From the NCBI RefSeq assembly GCF_009914755.1, contig NC_060929.1: a stretch of DNA of 64,000 nucleotides; one strand, given 5' to 3'. The DNA comes from the human T2T-CHM13v2.0 reference genome, Homo sapiens. Below are positions 28,580 through 42,700 of the stretch, piece after piece. The translations under genes were made by a program, and so were the position numbers. The notes beneath the pieces were generated by a model that did no database searches, was not told where the DNA came from, and saw only the letters and a program-made list of their open reading frames with translations. Within the stretch, counting starts at the first letter, position 1. Each line of letters starts with the position of its first letter.

Positions 28580-29016
28580 TGTGAGCAGACACCTGTCATG
28601 CTTACTCCCACCTTGTTATCCTCCTGCTCTGGGAAAGGAGCCAGGTCACCTTTTCCAATTGCCTTATGATTATACAAAACCTGGTAGCTAACAATGACTA
28701 GTGGGTTATGAATAGATGTCCTGTCACATTTCTGGTCTGAACATTTAATTCCAGCATTGGGGCTGTACAGTACTTATTTTCTCTGCTGCCGTTGATCCAG
28801 GCAGCAACAAATTCCAGATGTTGCAACTATAAGAAGTTGGAGTCTCTATTCACTTGAATCATTGCATTGAGGCTGGAAGGTCTGAATCTGTGACATATTG
28901 CCTGGGCCAAAGAAGAGTTTGAATGTGCCCCAAACAAACCTTCCTTGGGTTAAGCCACTGAGATCTGGGGAATATTTTCTTTTTATAACATGATGTAGCC
29001 TGTGCTGACTCATACA
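28580..29016 (+). mobile_element. Old MLT1 (MLT1I/J-like) MaLR LTR
   Basis: MLT1 3' motifs 'aaacaaaccttccttgggttaagccactgagatctgggg...tagcctgtgctgactcataca' and internal 'tctggtctgaacatttaattcc'. Confidence 0.65.
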
Positions 29017-29613
29017 AGGGGCTGAAAAATTCAAATATTAATGCTTATAAGGCTCATATTTTCTTAACTTTTCTTTATCCAATTTGACACTACTTTACAT
29101 TTAGATAAAGTGAGTCTGTTCTCTTCTCTCCACCCAGACTTTAGCACAGAATATGATGTATTAGGGTCTTCCTACTCAGTAGCCATGTGATTTGCTCATT
29201 AATCACAAGTGCCAGTTGGGAACATCAGAAAATAAGGGAAAATAGACTTCGAAAGAAATCAAAAGACATACACAAAAGACCTAGATGGTAAGAATGACCA
29301 TTTTTGAAAAGAAGCTGAAATCCAAAGCTACCCCTCTTTTTCCTTAAATTGCTTTCCCTGAGGTCCTGGAGGTGTTTCCCATGCCCAGTGCCCAAGGTGA
29401 GAAGCTTTGGTCCTGTAATTACTCACGATTACTGGTTTTCTCTCTCAGTATGTCCAAGTAACTTCTGAAAGAACTTTGCGTAACCAACAAGAGTAGCAGG
29501 TTTATCTTGGTCTTGTATATGTTCTCAGGAGTTCTTGAGGCCTAATCTGGCCTCACCATGAACTCTTAACATAAAAAAAGCAATGATAAGCTCTTGTTTT
29601 TAATATGCTATTA

Positions 29614-30105
<492 letters not shown>

Positions 30106-30458
30106 TCATACAATTCCAAGGGCTACCTATAACCCTGGATTCTATGTTAGTGGTACCCATGGCATTCAACTCATATAAATCACATTGTGAATAGTAGGCC
30201 ATGGAGTTGTGGCTCTAAATGCTGGGCACAGAGAAGGTATTTGATTATGATAACTGTTTGTTTCTTCATGTTTTCATAGGCTTTTATTTGAGGGGGTGAG
30301 TAGCTATTATCCTTTTTATCATTGGTGGAAGTAGAATTCTAATGGGGTTACACTGATATCTTCTATGCAAATAAAAAAGTTGGCTAAAGTTTTCTGCCAT
30401 CAAGCGTCAGTTGGGAATTTTTTTTATTGTGTCCCAATTGTTTTCAAGTTAATCACGA

Positions 30459-30680
30459 TAATAGCTAATACTTATACAACACTTAATGTGCACCAGGTGC
30501 TGTTTTAAGATATTGATGTATAATAATTCAAGAGCTACATAGTGTTATTATTTCCACTTCTTAGACTGAGAGAAACACAAAGGGGTTAATTAACTTTTCC
30601 AGAATCACAGAGAATGTGAGGGTTTGAGACACTATTTGAACAGCTGATCCAACCCCAACATGTTTTCCCTTAAGCATAGA
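30459..30680 (-). mobile_element. MIR SINE
   Basis: Antisense MIR 'taatagctaatacttatacaacacttaatgtgcaccaggtgctgttttaag...attatttccacttcttagactgagagaaacacaaaggggttaattaacttttccagaatcacag'. Confidence 0.7.
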
Positions 30681-31804
30681 AGTTAAACTGCTTCCGAAAT
30701 ATTTTTCTTGCTATCTCTATTCCCCTTTGCGAGCCTTTTGTTGATATAAGTTTGTGTTTAAAATTTGGCTGTTAAGGAACCAAGCAAATTGATAGGTTTC
30801 TCTGAAATAATTAATAAGCGGGTTATTCTATCCACACTAACATGTTTATATTAATATGATTAAGGAATATAACAATTAATATATGATAAATATTTCATGA
30901 GATTAAATTTAATCATTTAAAAGTTGAACATAGAAAAACGAACATAACCTCAGGCTTTCACATTTATGTTTATGTTTCTGTAACTACCTAAGTGTTTTTA
31001 TAAACAGAATGTATTTTTTATATGTGCCTCTAAAATCTAGTCTAATCATATGACAATCTCCTACCAATATGATGTCTGAACTCTTAGTAGTGGAATATCT
31101 TTGCTTTCAAAGTTTGCTTTTATGACCTGTAAGAGAGCATTTTGAGGAGAAGCAAATTTGGTGCAGAAGGAATCACTTGCCCTTTTGTAACCCAGAGAAA
31201 ATAATCAGGAAAGGCTCACAGTGGGCTACTCTCCAGAACCTGAAGAAGAGTCAGCTCCTACTCCCATCTCTCAGCGTTGGCATGCTTGAGTTGTGCTCTG
31301 TTTTGGAGAAAGGAGGTTTGAGGAGAAGAGTGAGATAGGAACCTGACCTCTGTGCAGTATTCAATTTCTTGAGCTCTAGTGGAGCCTTTTAAAAGAAAAG
31401 TGTCAAAGTCAGAAAGGAAAGAAACGCTGCATAAGAAATCTCCAAGAGCTTGAGCATAAACAGGTTGCCTTTGTGTCCAGATTAAAACAGCTATATTAAG
31501 TTAGGACCGAAACCACTCATCCCAATGCAGCCTAAAATTAAGATCTGCTCTGGAACTTTGAAAATGGGGGCTTTGGGAATATCTGTTTAGAACAGTCTTA
31601 GGCTAGACACTGAGGTTCACATTCTGATGGCACATTGCATTGGAAATGATGGTGCCCAGGAGTGATTTCCAGGACATTATATTTTGACAAGGAGGAATTC
31701 AAAACAAGAGAGGAAGGCATCATGGATGATTATGGAATGTTCTGTGAAAGCAAGTGAAGCATGTGTTTGACAGATTCACAGACATAGTTGAGGACTGGTA
31801 AGTC

Positions 31805-32305
31805 ACAGACTACTATGAAGTCTTGTTTTCTTCTCTAATAGCAGAACTTTGATTTGTGGAGTCCTGCTGCTATCCAGAATAAAAGATTATATTCCTTATC
31901 CTCCTTGAAGCTAAGTGTGGCCACATCACTAAATTCTGGAAAATAAAATCTAGAGAGATAAGATTTATGAGACATCTGGAAATGCTATAAAAGGAATTCA
32001 TTTATTTAATAGAAGATTTTTGAAATTTATTCTTTTGGCCTGAGAAATAAACATGAGGATAGGAGCTTCAGCAGCCGTGTTGAAACATGGGGTGACTTTC
32101 AGAATGGAAGTCAAATACTGACTCTGAGAAGAAACTCAGGTTCCCAGGTCTCCTATTAGTGTAATGTATTTGACCTATTTTTCTTGAACTACCTATCCCT
32201 GGGATACAGAATACATGAGGAATAAGTATTCTTTTACACAAGTGAGTAGATATAATCTTTACTGATGCTTTGCTATAAGGGGGATGCTGGAATTCCTAAT
32301 GCAAC
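31805..32305 (+). mobile_element. Old MLT1-type (J/K/L-like) MaLR LTR
   Basis: 'taatagcagaactttgattt...cctccttgaagctaagtgtggccacatcactaaattctgg...ggagcttcagcagccgtgttgaaacatggggtgac'. Boundaries are approximate. Confidence 0.55.
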
Positions 32306-32607
32306 AGTTGGAGAAGAAAGAATCAATCAGATCAATAAAATATGTTTTGTATCCACAGCCCGAGGAAGCACACTAGTTTTTTGACTATGAGTTTTATAAA
32401 CAATAATTAGAGTACAAATCACAAAACCAGCTTGAAGGCAAGAGTTATTCAATAATCATGCAAACAATAATAACCAAGAATCTTCTATAAGCAATGTCTG
32501 TGTAAACATGGCAGGCTTATTTAAGGAATAGGTAAAACTTGGTGCCTGCTCCCAGAAATATACTTCTGTGCAGAAGAAGCGTATGAATATTAAGAAAAAT
32601 TTAATAA

Positions 32608-32985
<378 letters not shown>

Positions 32986-33050
32986 TGAGACATATGCTGA
33001 AAATCTCCTATATATAAATGCAGAGCGTGTAATGGCTTGTCTTCCTGATT

Positions 33051-33468
33051 CTATTAGTCAGTCATTGACATATATATATATGTAAAGGGTTGGCTCATGG
33101 GATGATGGAGGCAAGCTGGAGACCCAGGAGAGCCTCTGCTGTAGTTCCAGCCTGAAAACTGGCAGTTTCAAGATGCAAGAAGAGGCTATGTTTCGGTTTG
33201 AGTTTGAAGGCAGGAAAAAAAATGATGTACCAGCTAAGTAGTCAGGCAGGAAGAATTTCCACTTACTTAGCTTTTTGTTCTCTTTACATATTCAGTTTGA
33301 CTGGGGGAGGCCCACCCACATGAGGGAGGGCAATCTGCTTTACTCATTGTACTGATTCAAATGTTCTTCTCGTACAGAAACGTTCTCACAGGCACCCCAG
33401 GACAACGTTTGACCAAATACCTGGGCACCCCATGGCCTGGTTAAGTTGACACATGAAATTAACCAACC
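33051..33468 (-). mobile_element. MLT2C-like ERV-L solo LTR
   Basis: 'gaggcccacccacatgagggagggcaatctgctttactca...gattcaaatgtt...tttgaccaaatacctgggcaccccatggcctggttaagttgacacatgaaattaacca'. Confidence 0.85.
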
Positions 33469-33951
33469 TTCTGACATTGTCCAGGCTGTGCAGACCCCTG
33501 GTTATGCATAAACCAGGATCCCTTAAGAATTCGTGAAACAGGCTGTAATACATGCCTTGGCCTGCTCTGAGGTATGGTTGGTATTGTATAGTCAGTTGAT
33601 GTAATATCTTTGCATTTACTCTGCAGACTTGCATGATCCATGCTCTTTAGAGTGCATCATTCAGCACTGCTCCTGCCTCCCCATGCCTGCATTTCACATG
33701 CACATTTCTTTGTCAATCTCCTTCTCAGCACTTCCAATTGCACAGATCAGTAAGCAGAAAAAGAAGGCAGGGAAATGAAGGAAATCAGGAGACAAGTCAG
33801 TCTATAAGGTCAAGAATGATGTTAGAAACTGACATGGGTAGTTTATCACCAGATCACCAGATCCTCAAAACCACCCACAAAGGAAAACTCTAAAGATATT
33901 GATCCGGAGCCAAGATAAAGAATGTGATGTATATAGATAAATGATTTATAG

Positions 33952-34260
<309 letters not shown>

Positions 34261-34496
34261 TTATTTATAATTAGCATAGGAAAAATATAGGAGAAATGGG
34301 ATTTAACGACTACATACTACCAAGCAAGATATGGAGTAAAATATATTCTTAATAAGGTTCACTTCACCAATAAATTATAATTAATAGAGTAGGGTTTTCC
34401 TTGTTTTTATCCTCTCTTATTCTTTTTTTTTTTAATCCAAGCCCACTTCCCCTTCTTTTAAGAAAGTTATATTATTGACTGAGGAGGGTGTATGAG

Positions 34497-34630
34497 GGAA
34501 TACTGGACTAGGAATCAGAAGTCATGGGTTCCATTTCTGCCACCGAATTGCTGTAGGTACTCAGTCTTGCCAGTTTAGCATTTTTCCATTTATATATCCT
34601 CATTTGCAAAGTGAAATAATTAGACTAGAG
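34497..34630 (+). mobile_element. MIR fragment
   Basis: 'gaatactggactaggaatcagaagtcatgggttccatttctgccac...tcctcatttgcaaagtgaaataattagactag'. Confidence 0.6.
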
Positions 34631-34815
34631 CAAGGCTTCTCAGACCTGACCTGCATCAGAATCGGGAAAGAAGCTTTTTTTTTCCCCAGAAATACAGATC
34701 CTGGAAATTAGCCAAAGACATTTTAACTCCATAAATATTAAATGGAGTCCACAGGTTTATTTTTTTTTATATTGATCATGGGAAATCCTATTTCTTCATC
34801 AGGTTTGAGAGTCCT
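34630..34815. mobile_element. MER5-like hAT-Charlie remnant
   Basis: 'gcttctcagacctgacctgcatcagaatc...aaatacagatcctgg...caggtttgaga'. Confidence 0.5.
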
Positions 34816-35409
34816 AGAAGGAATGATTTATACAATATGCTAATTTCCTGACCTTCTATGAAATAGAATTTACTATAAAATATTTGGAAAAAAGGAACTG
34901 GTTTGATTCCTAAGTACTAGTATCCATCCTAGAATTGATTAGGGCCAGAACAGGGAAGTCCTAACTTGACCAGACTTGTACCTTTGAACTTGCTGAAGAA
35001 GAATCTGTAGGAAAGGCATCGACTCATGTTGCTCAATGATTAGTCTATATATTTTTTAAAGTCATCAAAAATGAAGAGAGAGACTTGTAACAAGTATATA
35101 CAAATGAGAACCGTAGGTCTTAGGAGTAGAATTGTTGAGAAATGATAATCTCCAGAATGATTTGAGAATTTTGAGTAATTCTGCCAATCCTGTTTTCTCC
35201 ATTTTTTAAAGAAATTTCTAGGCATCAATAAATGTCTATTACATGAGTTACCACATTAACTGAAAAAAGGAAACAAGAAAATATTGCATCTTCTATTTGT
35301 GGTTGATAATGTTTAAGGGGCAGTCAATGTTGGAATTTTTCAAATTGTACTTATCATTGCATTTGACATGGTAAAACAAATACTGATTCAGAAAATTAAA
35401 ACCCAAAAA

Positions 35410-35725
35410 TAGTTCCATACTTACTGTGTACCAGGGAATGTCCAAGACACTGAGGATATATGAATTGGTATGACTTCATCCCTACACTCAAAGAATTAGC
35501 ATTTGAATGGAGAGGTGATAGTAGTAATGTTCACATATGTGTAAAGGTTGGAAGCACAGACCCAATTCTATGCATTTACAGACACTCCCCAGGAATTCAT
35601 GAAGTTTCCTGGGGAGGAGACACCTGAACTGAATCTCAGAGGGTGAATAAGAGTTAGCTGAATGAAAATTAATATAAAGTCTTAGGGAAAATAGTGTCAG
35701 GAAAGACAGCCCTGGACAGGCAGGA
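35410..35725 (-). mobile_element. L2 LINE 3' fragment
   Basis: 'cttactgtgtaccagggaatgtccaagacactgaggatata...atccctacactcaaagaattagc...ggaggagacacctgaactgaatctcagagggtgaataagagttagc'. Confidence 0.6.
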
Positions 35726-36709
35726 AAATGAGACTTGGTGTATACAGGAAACCATACACAGTGTGTGGGGTTTGCTTTAGTATGAAAGCTTAAAATTAAG
35801 AATTATTTCTCCACATCTTAGTAGTCTTGTAGATCTATATAGAATGATAAGCAAATGTGTGCATCTCCATGCAGACACACACAGTGCCAGGAGCTTGTTA
35901 TCTGCCACTTCTCATGCTTGGGTGAAATAAACTATCTTTGTAATCTGCTCAGTATGGTTCTTGGTCTAATATTAGGAGGGGAAGTGACTCAGCTAAAGAT
36001 GTTTAAAATAAATGAGTGCAATAGTTTCCCTAAAATTTCTCTTTTCTTTAGTAATTTTTTATGTTTTATCTCCTACCTCCACTTGTAACAACAATCAATA
36101 TTGCAGTAGGCCACTGTCATTCCGCGATTTTCACTCTTGCTTTGGGAAAAGTATTTTGAAAGATAGTTCTTCTGATTTTACAGACTCTAAATCTTGAGTA
36201 AATTTGCAAGTCACTACTAGAGTGCCAGGTAAGAATGGCCGTAGTTGGCTGTGTTCCGAGGTTCTGATATCAGGGCTATCATCACTCATGGTCGCTCTAG
36301 GCAAGAAGAGTAGTGTAAGGAAGGCACCACGAAAATCCAAGTATGTGGTAACCTGGAACTCACTTCTGCCTTCACACAAATGGCTTTGTTCTCACACAAA
36401 AAACCCAATGTTTATGGAGGTAATACACTTTCTCTTGTTCTTTTCCTTTTGTTTTTGATTTTGTGCTTGGCAAGCCCAGATAAGGAAGCTAGCATGTATG
36501 ATCCAGACAAAATATTATTGAAGGCTTAGTCTTGCATTTAATTCCTTGGTAGCCAGACTATGATTAAGAATGCATACTTTGCAATTTAAATATCGGAAAC
36601 ACTCCCCAAACTGATGGAGTAAATGAATTTTTTTTTCGTGTCCATGTGATATAACAGAGGCTTAAAGAAGTAAAGGGCCATTCTTCACTCTCTGCTTCTG
36701 GTTCACCAC

Positions 36710-37432
36710 TGACATGGTTTGGCTCTGTGTCCCCACCCAAATCTCACCTTGAATTGTAATAATCCCCACTTGTCAAGGGCAGGACTAGGTGCAGATAATT
36801 GAATCGTGGGGGCAGTTTCTGCCATTTTGTTCTCGTGATAGTGAGTTCTCATGGGATATAATGGTTTTATAAGGGGCTTCTCTCTTTGCTCAGCACTCAT
36901 TTCTCTCTCCTGCCATGATGTGAAGAAGGACATGTTTGCTTCCCTTTCTGCCATGATTGTAAGTTTCCAGAGCCCTCCCTAGTCCTACAGAACTGTGAGT
37001 CAATTAAGCCTGTTTCCTTTATAAATTACCCAATGTATTAGTTCGTTTTCACACTGCTGATCAAGACATACCCAAGGCTGGGTAATTTATAAAGAAAACC
37101 AGGTTTACTGGACTCACAGTTGCATGTGGCTGGGGAAACTGGTAGAAGGTGAAAGCCGTGTCTTACATAGTAGCAAGCAAGAGAGAATGAGAACCAAGTG
37201 AAAGGGGAAACCCCTTATAAAACCATCAGATTTTTGTGAGACTTATTCACTACCACAAAAAAAATGTATGGAGGAAACCGCCCCCATGATTCAATTATCT
37301 CCCACTGGGTCTCTCCCACACGTGGGAATTATGGGAGTACAATTCAAGATGATATTTGGGTGGGGACACAGCCAAACCATATCACCCAGTCTCGGGCAGT
37401 TCTTTATAGCAGCATGAGAACAGACTAATACA
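36710..37432 (+). mobile_element. THE1D-like MaLR solo LTR, interrupted by a second THE1
   Basis: Starts 'tgacatggtttggctctgtgtccccacccaaatctcaccttgaattgtaat' and ends 'cccagtctcgggcagttctttatagcagcatgagaacagactaataca'. The flanks accac/acaac match 4/5 as a TSD. Confidence 0.92.
37034..37384 (-). mobile_element. THE1B/C-like solo LTR nested in the THE1D
   Basis: 'tgtattagttcgttttcacactgctgatcaagacatacccaaggctgggtaatttat...gggtggggacacagccaaaccatatca'. TSD cccaa/cccag at 37029-37033 and 37385-37389. Confidence 0.92.
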
Positions 37433-38344
37433 ACAACTGCCAGTTTCCAGGGAGAGATTGCCCAGAGGCAAGCTTGCAAAATGCATACTTATTATTCCTG
37501 GATTTCTACATTTTTTCTTACCCAGATACAAAATAGGAGATAAGTTTGAAGGAAGCCTGAAGATTCTCTTCATTTCTTTCCTTGGGTGTTCTTATATCTC
37601 TGCTTTGGGTAACACTCTGAGCCCTTTAATGTCACTAAAGCGAAAGGTTAGTTTTAGGCAAGAGCTGCCCCTGGTCAAAATAAAGTAAAATCAAAGATGA
37701 AAATAAAACTTAGGTACCATAAAATCTCAAATGGCATAATCCGTAGCCAAAGAATTATCTTGTAACTTAAGATTCCCAGTCCTGTGACTCAATGTTGTAA
37801 TGAAGGTAAAATGGATGATGTAGGTTTATTCATAGTTTCATGAGGGGTATTTTAATTTACACTTCAAACATTTTTCTATTGTGTATAGACAGAGTTATTG
37901 GCAGTTTTATTGGTACTCTTTCGTCCTCATTGTCTGACCTTAATAGCTCCAAAGACCTGACAGATGACAGATGAGACAGGTTTGATCATATCGCACCTAA
38001 TGTCACTTGATGTTAAGAAACTAAATGAATTCCAGAGATAGGTCACTGAATTTTGCAGTCTGAGATATTAGTTTGTTGAGCAATTAGGCCCTGTGCTCAA
38101 TCACACCTATGGGGCTTTTTCAAATTTCAGAGATTTCTTTCTCCTCCACTTCCCCATGCTTTTTTTCCTAGGAGGGTTGCTGACCACCTTTGAATCTTTC
38201 CAGGGCTGTGATACATTTATGAAAAACATACAAACCCGCGGGGACATTAGAGTGAGAAGAGTGAGCCCCTGAGCTCTATTGTCAAGTTCAGAGTCCTGTT
38301 CTAGTCATCTAGTTCTCTGATCACTAAGCCACTATCAGTAATAT

Positions 38345-38650
38345 TTGATTTGTAAAAGTTGGAAGACATGTCAGAAAGTTGTAAAAACGGTTTCATCATT
38401 TTTGGACAAAATTTCTAAGCAAGTTAATAAATAAATTATTTCTAAGTATTGCAATACTAACCAAGAGAAAAATGATCACTGGGAGCTAACATGAGTTCAC
38501 TAAGCATAAGATTGGCCAAATTCAAGTTATTACCTGAGTTACGTAACCAAGCAGGTGCATGAAGTAAATGTTAAGAATATACATGCATGTCACATTTTCA
38601 AAATGTATAGAGTAGGGAACATTGGAAAAATTTAAGCTGAATGATGATAC
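38345..38650 (+). mobile_element. L3/CR1 LINE reverse-transcriptase fragment (ancient)
   Basis: 'atgatcactgggagctaacatgagttcactaagcataagattggccaaattc' resembles the CR1 segment encoding SQHGFTK.KSCQTNL. Upstream 'tggacaaaatttctaagcaagttaataa' resembles GKILE.II. Confidence 0.5.
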
Positions 38651-39153
38651 CAATCAGAAAGATTTGCATCTCAAGGAAAGCCTTTTTTAATTTCTAAAAA
38701 CATCATTCTTTTTGTCTAAGTTATTAGTTATCAGTTAGGTATATGGATGGTCAATGGATAAATAAATTGTGAAATATAGGAGAAGATGTCATAGGAGTAC
38801 AAACAGAAGCATTTTACCCAAAGTAAGAATGGAAATAGTTGACATTTATAAGAGTAGTTTCATCAGCTGATTACTGAATTATCAAAACAACAATACCTAC
38901 AGAATGGAACATTTTCCAATTATTGCTATGTCATTAAATCTGACCAGAGGACTTAGAAAACAATGATGCCTAGACATAAGAATCCCTTTATTCAGCTTTG
39001 GTCGCAAATAACCTCCATGATATTGAATTGCAAGAGCCACGGTTAGTAATGGACACTGCCGACTTCTGGATCACAACATTGTTTTTATTCTGTTTCTAGA
39101 CACTTGCGATGTAGTCCTATATTTTAAATAAACAAGCACATTTTTTAAAAATG

Positions 39154-39490
39154 ATTTTTTAATTCACACATAAAATTTGTATATATTAATAGTGTACATG
39201 TTTCAAAATATGTATATATTGTGGAATGGTGAAATCTAACACAAACTTTACCTCACATATTTGTTTTTGTGTGTGTGGTCAGAACAATCAAGAGCTACAC
39301 TCCTAGCAAATTTCAATACAATCCACTGTTATTAACTATAATCGCCATGTTATTCATTGGATCCCTTGGACTTATTCCTCCTAACTGAATTTTTTTATCC
39401 TTTGACCAATACCGCCCTCCACCCCATGACCCCAGACCTGGAAACAACTATTCTACTTTCTGCTTCTATGGGTGCAACTTTTTTAGATTC
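39154..39490 (-). mobile_element. L1MA (MA7-9-like) 3' end
   Basis: Antisense 'tttaattcacacataaaatttgtatatatt...tatattgtggaatgg...gttattaactataatcgccatgtt...ctattctactttctgcttctatgggtgcaacttttttagattcc'. Confidence 0.85.
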
Positions 39491-39493
39491 CTT

Positions 39494-39655
39494 TAAGTCA
39501 GATACATTGAAAGAAAGAGTAAATTACCAGGGGCAGCAATGGGAAGGAAAAAGGAAGTACATCAAAGAGTACATGAGGGCTATAGTTATTAATATTGTAT
39601 TGTATTTTGAAAATTTGCAGAAAGAATAGATGTTAAGTGCTCTTACTACACACAG

Positions 39656-39686
<31 letters not shown>

Positions 39687-39795
39687 GGTAAATATAAAAG
39701 GTGATGAATAGGTTAATTTGCTTGACTGTAGTAATTATTTTTTCTTCATATGTATATCAGAACATCATGTTGTACAGCTTAAATATATATAGTAA
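39494..39795 (+). mobile_element. L1MA (MA7-9-like) 3' end containing a (CA)n microsatellite
   Basis: 'ctatagttattaatattgtattgtattttgaaaatttgc...gatgttaagtgctcttactac(ac)n aaaggtaa...ggtgatgaataggttaatttgcttgactgtagtaattatt...catcatgttgtacagcttaaatatata'. Confidence 0.85.
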
Positions 39796-42700
39796 AAAGA
39801 AGTGCATTTTTGTCTGATATATGGGATCAAGAAAATGCATTTATTAAGTACATTATAAGGATGAAAATACTTAAAACTAATCTTGAAAGCTATTCTTAGC
39901 TGAAATGTATTAATCTTTCCATAGTTTTCATGAGGATATGTTCATTATAGCTTTTCACTATGTCAAGCTTATTTTATATAATTCTGACTGTGGTGTTTCT
40001 TCTCCAGTGGCATATTTATTTATTCTCTTGTTAAAACAATTAAGTATTAAAATTGGTTCTTTGTTACAATTTTATTTCCTCATTTTGTCATTATGTTTAA
40101 ACTAAACTTTAGTTCATAATAAAAGTTTTCTTTTTTTCCTTTCTCTTGGGGCCTGAATTATTTTCTTTATTTCTTCTTCATTTGCAACTTTTGCTTTCCC
40201 ATTCCCTGGAAATACAAAACAAAATTTTTAAAGTTATTTGTGTAAAAATGTATTTTTGTCTTACGTGTGTGGGCCAAATTGCATGGTTTTCTTGTCCAAA
40301 TCATTCGGTTATCTGTTCTACTGAATATAAGTTTCTACATGGCAACCTTCAGTAGAATAATTTTTTTTCAGTACATACTCATTGGTTTATCCAAAAGCAC
40401 TTTGTATGCTCTTTATTATTTCCTATGCTTATGATTTATTAAATAAATCAGATAGTAATCACATTTAGAGAAAGAATACTTTAAAAAATTACTTTACACA
40501 GTTCTTTGCACATTATTTTGTACAAAGAAGGGTATTAATTTAACTCTATAATAATCATATTATTATGTAAGTAACATTTTATATCCAAGTATCTCTTAAA
40601 AGCCAAGAATTTATATGGAATTTAATAAATTCTATTAATGATAGTAATAAAATTGGTTGTGATAGAGAACTGTAACAAACCAAAAATAAAAATTGAGAAA
40701 AAGGTACTAAAATAAATTCTTCCTCAAGAATCAGCATATGTAATGCAGAGAAATGAAAAATTGGTTTCCCATTATATAAGATGATTGTTAGATTTTTATT
40801 TATGTTTCTCCTTTTAAAAACACTTTTTCTCCCTTAAATTATTATTCAAATTTGATTTTTATCTTGAAAATAGGTGTGTGGAGGAGGAGAGGTGTTAATC
40901 CAACTAAGGAAATTTCTTTATATAATTATATATTCTGGTGGAAAAGTTTATCTAAAGTTTATCCTTTATTTAAATCCCAGCTTAAGTAAAAGGGTCATTT
41001 CTGTAGCTCCTGAGAATATATTTAATACACATTTTGTAAAGCCAAAAAAATCTTGCTTAAATTTTTTCTCCATCTTATATTTTCTTCTCTTTTCTGTCTA
41101 GATTAATGTTTACCAAGATAAATCTTGTATTTCCTGTAGAAGGACAGATAACCTGTAACTTATCTGGACATGAAGGTCTATGATAAGACAATTGGATATG
41201 GTACCTTCTGCATCCCTCCTGCCCCTTCCAGGACCTGTTCACATTGACATCTTGGGACATATTCACTACTCAGTTGACTCCAGAAATAACACACATTGCC
41301 TGTGCATGAGGTGCATGACTTTGCTTTTTCCAAGAGTCCTGCATTTCCATGGAAACCAGAGAGGCAGAAAACAAAGGATAAGTACAAAACATCTCTGAGC
41401 TTTTAGAAACAAAGCTGAATCCAGACCAACTGCCTCATCTGAATTCAGCCTGTGAAAACCATAAACCACTCTGACCTCTTACTGCTGAAGGAAGACATGC
41501 TCCCTGCTGGCATCCTTCCATGAGAAACACATCTCTTTCTCACATTGGACATATTTTAAAGGCAAGAAAGGCAGGATTTGAGATCTAAAAGTCTAGATTT
41601 TTTCTCTTCTGCCACTCTTTGGTGACGTGAAGTTACCATTTCCATTCTATAAAATGCAAAATTACAAAAGGTTTTAGAATTGCTTCTCATTTGAAAGGAA
41701 TGTTGAAGGTTATTTAAATACTAAAGTTTAATCAACAGTGGTTTGAAATCCTTAGGAAATACTATGCTAAACAAAATATCCTTGCTCATGGTAGCTTAAT
41801 CAAACAGCAGATATTTGTCAAATGTAAGGCTTGTTATAGGCAGGTTGGAATACCTTCTATTAGGAAGCTCTATTCTATTCTATCTTCTATAACTGTAGTT
41901 CCAGGGGAAAAAATTCTGTGCATGTCTCAGTAATCAGAACTTCAAAGAGGAGTATGCAATTTTAATTTAACTGATGTGAAAAACACTATTAAAACTATGT
42001 ACATAATCTGTTGTGAAATGTAAGTTGGTTCTATTTGTTTGTTAAAAGAGAAAGCCACACAACCAGTTCTTATTAAGATAAAATATAAAAAATCTAGGTT
42101 TGTGCTAAGTAGCTATAACTGTGCTCCTCTTCCCATCTGAACCCTGAGTCCCACTCTCTAACATTTTAGTCGCTTCCCCTTGTTGTTAAGAGGAATGTTG
42201 CTTGGATAATCTGTGTACTCTGGCATCCAAAAAAAGTGAATACAGATGTAGACTGAGTTTAGGTTTAATTTCTTTAGCCATATCTGATGATAGAGTTGAA
42301 AGATTCGCTGATACTCTATCAAGTGTATAAAACTGTGTGTGTGCAAGAATGAACTATTCTTTTGGGGGGGTGGAATAAGAAATGGGTGTACCAGAGATAG
42401 TTTGCCACCACAGAATTTGGATATTAAAGCCATTGAGTAACTATTGCTAATATATGGCATAAAGAAACTCAACCAAAGAAAAGAGAAAGTCAAATAATAC
42501 ATGTACCCCAAAGAATAATAGGTAAGTTAAGTAGATCATGGTATGTTCTACTCAATTGGAACTTCCCCTAGTTCTCCTCAACTCATAGATGATTCTAACA
42601 TATTATATGTTGTAATAAAGAATGACAAATATAAGAAATGGCATCAAATAATAAAGCTTAAGAAATGAAAGATGAGTCCTGAGAAGAGGTGCCATAAGTT

